A stretch of 64,000 nucleotides of DNA from Chitinophagales bacterium (lineage in GTDB: Bacteria; Bacteroidota; Bacteroidia; Chitinophagales; BACL12), in NCBI GenBank assembly GCA_041392955.1, contig JAWKLB010000004.1, forward strand, positions 45,297-109,296, read 5' to 3'. Both the position numbers and the translations under genes were made by a program. Positions 59,633 to 64,000 of the stretch are shown here, piece after piece. The notes under the pieces were generated by a model. It saw only the letters and a list, made by a program, of their open reading frames with translations. It was not told the origin of the DNA and did not search any database. Numbering within the stretch: the first letter of the stretch is position 1; each line of letters starts with the position of its first letter.

Positions 59633-62062
59633 ATGTTACGATACCTTATTACTTGTCTGATCGCCCTGGCAACCGCATATCCGGGCTCTGCCCAAACCTT
59701 TACCGTTCGCGGACAGGTTACCGACGCGGCAACACATGCGCCCGTTGAGTTCGCGACCGTCACCCTGCTCCAGGTTGCGGACAGCAGCCTGGCTGGTGGG
59801 ACCATTTCAGATTCAACCGGACATTTTGAAATACCGGAAATTCCTGCCGGCACTTATCTGCCCCGCATTTCCTTTATCGGTTACCGCGATACCATATTGA
59901 CTTCAGTGTCTGTTACCGCCGACATCGACTTGGGAAATATCGGATTACAAGCCATGACCAATGAACTTGGAGAGGTGGTCGTAACCGGCAGCAAAAAAGT
60001 AGTCGAGACAATTCCCGGCGGTATTGTATACAATGCCGATCAGGTGTTGAGCAATGCAAACGGAACAGTCCTGGATATGCTTAAGAATGTGCCGAATATC
60101 ATTGTAGATAAAGATGAACATGTGACCATTCGCGGCAACGCCGGTGTCAATGTGATGGTAGATGGCGTGCCGCTGAATATGAGTGGAGATGACCTCACCA
60201 ATTTTCTGAAACAAATACCATCCGATATGATCAGCAGCGTGGAAGTGATCACCACGCCCGGCGCAAAATATGATGCAGCAGGCAGTGCCGGGATCTTAAA
60301 TCTGAAAACCAAAAAACAAAATACAAACGGCAAAAACGGAACGGTAAAAGTGGGTGGGGGTACACTGGGCAGCTATGAAGGTTCTGTGAACTATTATATG
60401 AATCAAAACAAAGTACGCTTCAGCGCTGCTTATAATTATAATCACAATGTATTTCGCTCTGATGCATACAGCTTACGCGAAAATTATGACAACCCGGATT
60501 ATCTATACCTCTATGATGAGCATTTTGACCAGGACGGAAATTCAGATAACCACCTCGCCAAAGTAAATCTCGATTATCTGTTCAATGATAAGAATACATT
60601 GGGCGGTTCGCTCTCCTATGGCAGAAAATCCGGTATATTCAGTATTGACGATAACCTGATAACGGAATATGCGGATGGCATGATCAGCGGTTCCTATCGC
60701 GCCCTGTTGCACTATGATTTCGATGGTGACAACTACAGTGCAAATACGCATTACAATCACGACTTCTCCAAACAGGGACACAATATCGCATTCGATCTGA
60801 ATTATTCATCTTATGCACATAACAGGGATATTCCTTCGAGTGCAGATTTTTATGATGCCGACGGGAACATCATTCCGGGCTTAAGTACCATGCGCAATGA
60901 TGCGACAGATTTCAATGTGTCGATATTCTCGGGTAAATCAGATTATGTATTGCCGCTGAATGAAAAAAGCAAACTGGAAACCGGTATCAAATACACACAA
61001 ACGCAAACAGATAATATTCTGGTTGCCAGTGTGTATGATGATATGCTGGAATGGCAACCCGATCCCGATGTGAGCAATGCCTTTTATTACACAGAAGCCG
61101 TTTCTGCAGCCTATGCGAATTATTCAGGCGGATGGAAGCAATGGACCTATGCCGCAGGATTGCGTTTGGAGAATACCGATATTCACACCGAATCGCCAAC
61201 AGCTGATGCGACCTACAACAGAAATTACACCGACCTGTTCCCTTCCGGAAATATCAAATACGGCTTTACAAAAGGTGGCGATCTGAGCCTCGATTATTCG
61301 CGCAGGATAGAAAGACCTGTGTATCAGTGGCTCAATCCCTTTGTGGATAAATCCACACCCTATACCTGGTTCACCGGCAATCCCGAATTAAAACCCTATT
61401 ATACCGATGCACTCACATTGAGTTACAGCAAATTCATCAAAGGCAAACACTATGTGATGGGCAGTATCTTCTATCAGCACATGGACGACATATTCACACA
61501 ATATTTTGAATATGCTGAAGGCGGCGTGTATTACATGACCATAAAGAACATCAACAGCCAAACCAATACCGGTGCATCCGCCATGGTACAGAGCGGCGCG
61601 GCAAAATGGCTGGATGTACTGGTGAATATGTCGGTTTTCCGCAATGATGTGAACAATGATCTCGCCGGGGTGGATATCGAATCTAAGTACACCTTCACCG
61701 CATATTCCAGTCTGACCTTCAAATTCTGGAAAGGCACGCGCTTCCAGCTCACAGGCAACTATATGTCGCCGAGCACTAACCCCCAGGGATATTTCAACGG
61801 GTTCTATTCTGTTGAAGCAGGCCTTAAACGTTCCTTCCTCAGCGACAGGCTCAGCGTGAACCTCAATGTGCGGGACATCTTCAACAGCATGGAGTTCTCG
61901 AACACATTTGTAGATGCGCATTTCCATACCGATTTCAGCTTCAAACCGCAGTCGCGCATAGCCAGCATCTCGCTGAGCTGGAAATTTGGCGATGCTATCC
62001 AGAATCTGCTCCAGGAACACAACACGGGGGAAGAGGACCGTGTCAACTTCGACAGGCAATAA
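59633..62062 (+). CDS. TonB-dependent-receptor-like outer-membrane beta-barrel protein (CarboxypepD_reg N-terminus)
   Basis: Signal MLRYLITCLIALATAYPGSAQ, then FTVRGQVTDAATHAPVEFATVTLL, a plug-like segment and a long barrel. It is divergent from the LytTR system. Confidence 0.8.
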   Translation: MLRYLITCLIALATAYPGSAQTFTVRGQVTDAATHAPVEFATVTLLQVADSSLAGGTISDSTGHFEIPEIPAGTYLPRISFIGYRDTILTSVSVTADIDLGNIGLQAMTNELGEVVVTGSKKVVETIPGGIVYNADQVLSNANGTVLDMLKNVPNIIVDKDEHVTIRGNAGVNVMVDGVPLNMSGDDLTNFLKQIPSDMISSVEVITTPGAKYDAAGSAGILNLKTKKQNTNGKNGTVKVGGGTLGSYEGSVNYYMNQNKVRFSAAYNYNHNVFRSDAYSLRENYDNPDYLYLYDEHFDQDGNSDNHLAKVNLDYLFNDKNTLGGSLSYGRKSGIFSIDDNLITEYADGMISGSYRALLHYDFDGDNYSANTHYNHDFSKQGHNIAFDLNYSSYAHNRDIPSSADFYDADGNIIPGLSTMRNDATDFNVSIFSGKSDYVLPLNEKSKLETGIKYTQTQTDNILVASVYDDMLEWQPDPDVSNAFYYTEAVSAAYANYSGGWKQWTYAAGLRLENTDIHTESPTADATYNRNYTDLFPSGNIKYGFTKGGDLSLDYSRRIERPVYQWLNPFVDKSTPYTWFTGNPELKPYYTDALTLSYSKFIKGKHYVMGSIFYQHMDDIFTQYFEYAEGGVYYMTIKNINSQTNTGASAMVQSGAAKWLDVLVNMSVFRNDVNNDLAGVDIESKYTFTAYSSLTFKFWKGTRFQLTGNYMSPSTNPQGYFNGFYSVEAGLKRSFLSDRLSVNLNVRDIFNSMEFSNTFVDAHFHTDFSFKPQSRIASISLSWKFGDAIQNLLQEHNTGEEDRVNFDRQ

Positions 62063-62083
62063 GGCGCAGATAAAGCATACAGA

Positions 62084-62107
62084 GGCTCCCGCAAGGGGGC
62101 CTTTTTT
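62084..62107 (+). terminator. Rho-independent terminator
   Basis: GGCTCCC-gcaa-GGGGGCC followed by T6, about 20 nt after the stop at 62062. Confidence 0.8.
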
Positions 62108-62318
62108 GTCACTTTTATGTAAAAGGCAGGGACTGCAACAACAAGCTGAGAAAGATGAAAGTTTATAGGGGCACTTGATCCCATAGAATCAGCACTGCCG
62201 CTTCACAAAAAATTAACAGCGACCTTAGGCGGAAAGGCATTTGCGGGATTTCGTTTTGAAATTTTAGTCTATATTTGCCAACTCTAAATCATCTTTACAA
62301 GGAATTAAATCAAACCTT

Positions 62319-63124
62319 ATGGCTCAAAAACCAGTAAACCCTAAAAAGAAGTCTGCAATGACCGGAATGGCGATGATCGTAATCGTTATCAATCTCATTA
62401 TCGGAATTCTTTTCTACAAATTCGTATGTGGTAACGCGAAAAACTTCGAGGAGAACGGCGATCCGAAACAAGGAAACTTCCTCGGTATCATTTACAAAGG
62501 TGGATTCATCGTACCGGTACTTTTCTCATTGTTCCTCACTGTGTGGGTATTCTTCGTAGAAAGGTTAATGACCATCAGCAAAGCAAAAGGATCAGGCTCT
62601 ATCCAATCCTTTCTCCAAAAGATCAAATTCCATCTCTCTAACCACGACATTGACAGCGCCCTGAAAGAATGCGACAAGCAGAAAGGCTCCGTTGCCAATG
62701 TGGTAAATGCCGGTTTGCATAAATATGCAGAGATGAAAACCGATAAAGACGCAACGATGGAGCAAAAGTGCTCAACATCTCCAAAGAGATCGAAGAGGCT
62801 ACAGCTCTGGAAATGCCCGCTCTGGAAAGGCATCTGCCCATCCTGGCAACCATCGCCTCCATCGGAACGCTGATCGCTCTGCTCGGAACCGTATTGGGTA
62901 TGATCCGCGCCTTCGCCGCTCTTGCCACCTCAGGTTCCCCTGACCCTTCGGCACTGTCTGCAGGTATCTCCGAGGCCCTTGTAAATACCGCTATCGGTAT
63001 CGGTACTTCGGCTTTTGCGATCATCTTCTATAACATCTTTACCGGTATGATCGACAAATTGACATACGGTATCGACGAGATGGGTTTCAGCATTACACAA
63101 ACATTTGCAGCTTCCGAAAAATAA
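62319..63124 (+). pseudogene. exbB: MotA/TolQ/ExbB proton-channel family protein, split by one frameshift
   Basis: ORF 62319..62873 (N-terminal) and ORF 62768..63124 (C-terminal) carry LPILATIASIGTLIALLGTVLGMIRAF...GISEALVNTAIG. The frames join as ...DATMEQK|VLNISKEIEE... if the A4 run at 62764-62767 is read as A5. Confidence 0.85.
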
Positions 63125-63159
63125 TTGCGCCGGCAGTGCACGTTTAAAACAACATAACG

Positions 63160-63849
63160 ATGCCAAAGATCAAAGTAAAACGAAGTAGTACAATAGTGGA
63201 CATGACGGCCATGACGGACGTTTCGTTCCTGCTGTTGACCTTCTTCATCCTTACTGCCAAATTCAGGCCGGCGCAACCGGTCATCATCGACATGCCGAGT
63301 TCTGCTACAGAGCTCAAAGTGCCGGATAACCTGATGACCATATCGGTTGACAAGGAAGGTAAACTCTACTTCTCCATGTCGAACCCCAAGGTTAAAGTGG
63401 AAACACTGCGCAACCTGGTAGATCGCTACAGCGAAAAATATCCGAACCTGAAAGACCTCGACGACAAACAGATCAACAACTTTGTGAATATGGAGATGAT
63501 GGGATACCCCATCGCTGCATTGAATGAAGCGTTGAAGAAGTCGGGGGGAGAATTAGGGGGTATCCACGATTTTCCGGGGATCCCGATGGATTCTGCCAAT
63601 GCGGAGAACAATGAGCTGCGCGACTGGATACAAGCCGGTCGTTGGGCTGATCAACTCGACCGCAAGGAATCCGGAGCCAACAGGGAAGATATACGTATAG
63701 CCATTAAGGGTGATAAGAACAGCAATATTGTCAAGGTGCAGGAAGTGATCAAAACACTTACCAATGAGCCTGTTAATATTCATACATTCAATTTGATAAC
63801 CACCTTGGAAGGTCCGATGAGCTCAGGCCCGGCGGATGGATCCAAGTAA
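63160..63849 (+). CDS. exbD: ExbD/TolR family biopolymer transport protein
   Basis: DMTAMTDVSFLLLTFFILTAKF transmembrane motif and a periplasmic domain. Size is 229 aa. Confidence 0.85.
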   Translation: MPKIKVKRSSTIVDMTAMTDVSFLLLTFFILTAKFRPAQPVIIDMPSSATELKVPDNLMTISVDKEGKLYFSMSNPKVKVETLRNLVDRYSEKYPNLKDLDDKQINNFVNMEMMGYPIAALNEALKKSGGELGGIHDFPGIPMDSANAENNELRDWIQAGRWADQLDRKESGANREDIRIAIKGDKNSNIVKVQEVIKTLTNEPVNIHTFNLITTLEGPMSSGPADGSK

Positions 63850-63861
63850 ATGACATAGACC

Positions 63862-64000
63862 ATGGCTGATATTCAAACCCCCGATAAAGGGAGTCACAGT
63901 AAACACGGCTCGGGTAAGGTTAGATCCAAGAAGATGTCGACCAGGGTGGATTTTACACCGATGGTTGACCTTGCCTTCCTGCTGATATCCTTCTTCATGC
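63862..64000 (+). CDS. exbD: Second ExbD/TolR family protein, N-terminal part (runs off the right window edge)
   Basis: From the ATG at 63862: MADIQTPDKGSHSKHGSGKVRSKKMSTRVDFTPMVDLAFLLISFFM, the ExbD N-terminal helix motif. Confidence 0.75.
   Translation, partial: MADIQTPDKGSHSKHGSGKVRSKKMSTRVDFTPMVDLAFLLISFFM

Noticed and set aside
61388-62184. Minus-strand ORFs of 223 aa and 126 aa at the end of the outer-membrane protein gene
   Set aside because: They are antisense to a well-supported 810-aa beta-barrel gene, and one of them runs across its terminator. There are no motifs.

Overview
This is a 64-kb chromosomal segment from a Bacteroidota bacterium. The assignment rests on T9SS C-terminal sorting domains, CarboxypepD_reg-type TonB-dependent receptors, FISUMP, DUF4249-like and CRTAC1/ASPIC-UnbV proteins, LytTR/LytS-type two-component genes and TAnnTTTG promoter boxes. 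Housekeeping genes are intact: an rplU fragment, dnaK, valS, dnaB, tgt, panB, bioD-bioA, purK-purE, folB, hemJ, an lptF/G-type permease, hscB and ompH. There are two tRNAs, Leu-CAA and Cys-GCA. I saw no rRNA, CRISPR array, transposase, integrase or phage genes. Five things stand out. (1) An intact tRNA-Leu is followed by a minimal 89-aa GIY-YIG gene that ends exactly at a hairpin-interrupted duplicate of the tRNA 3' end, and the unit is bracketed by 41-nt imperfect inverted repeats. (2) Two convergent intergenic regions (about 44.2-44.5 kb and 54.5-54.8 kb) consist of heterogeneous heptanucleotide tandem repeats surrounding a conserved 36-nt two-hairpin core. (3) The load of disrupted genes is high, 13 of about 58 by my count. 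It includes a contiguous block of five decayed genes (FISUMP, mqnB, mqnD-like, class II aldolase, mtnA). Single-lesion frameshifts also occur in rseP, a TonB-dependent receptor and exbB, two of them (rseP, exbB) at short A runs. (4) Two adjacent pairs of tandem paralogs (DUF4249-like lipoproteins and CRTAC1-family proteins) sit next to each other. (5) There is a secreted protein with a 19-residue Trp-rich repeat and a 15%-Met lipoprotein upstream of a TonB-dependent receptor. All calls come from reading the sequence and the ORF translations, and no database search was run. Family names are recognitions of motifs. Pseudogene boundaries are approximate.
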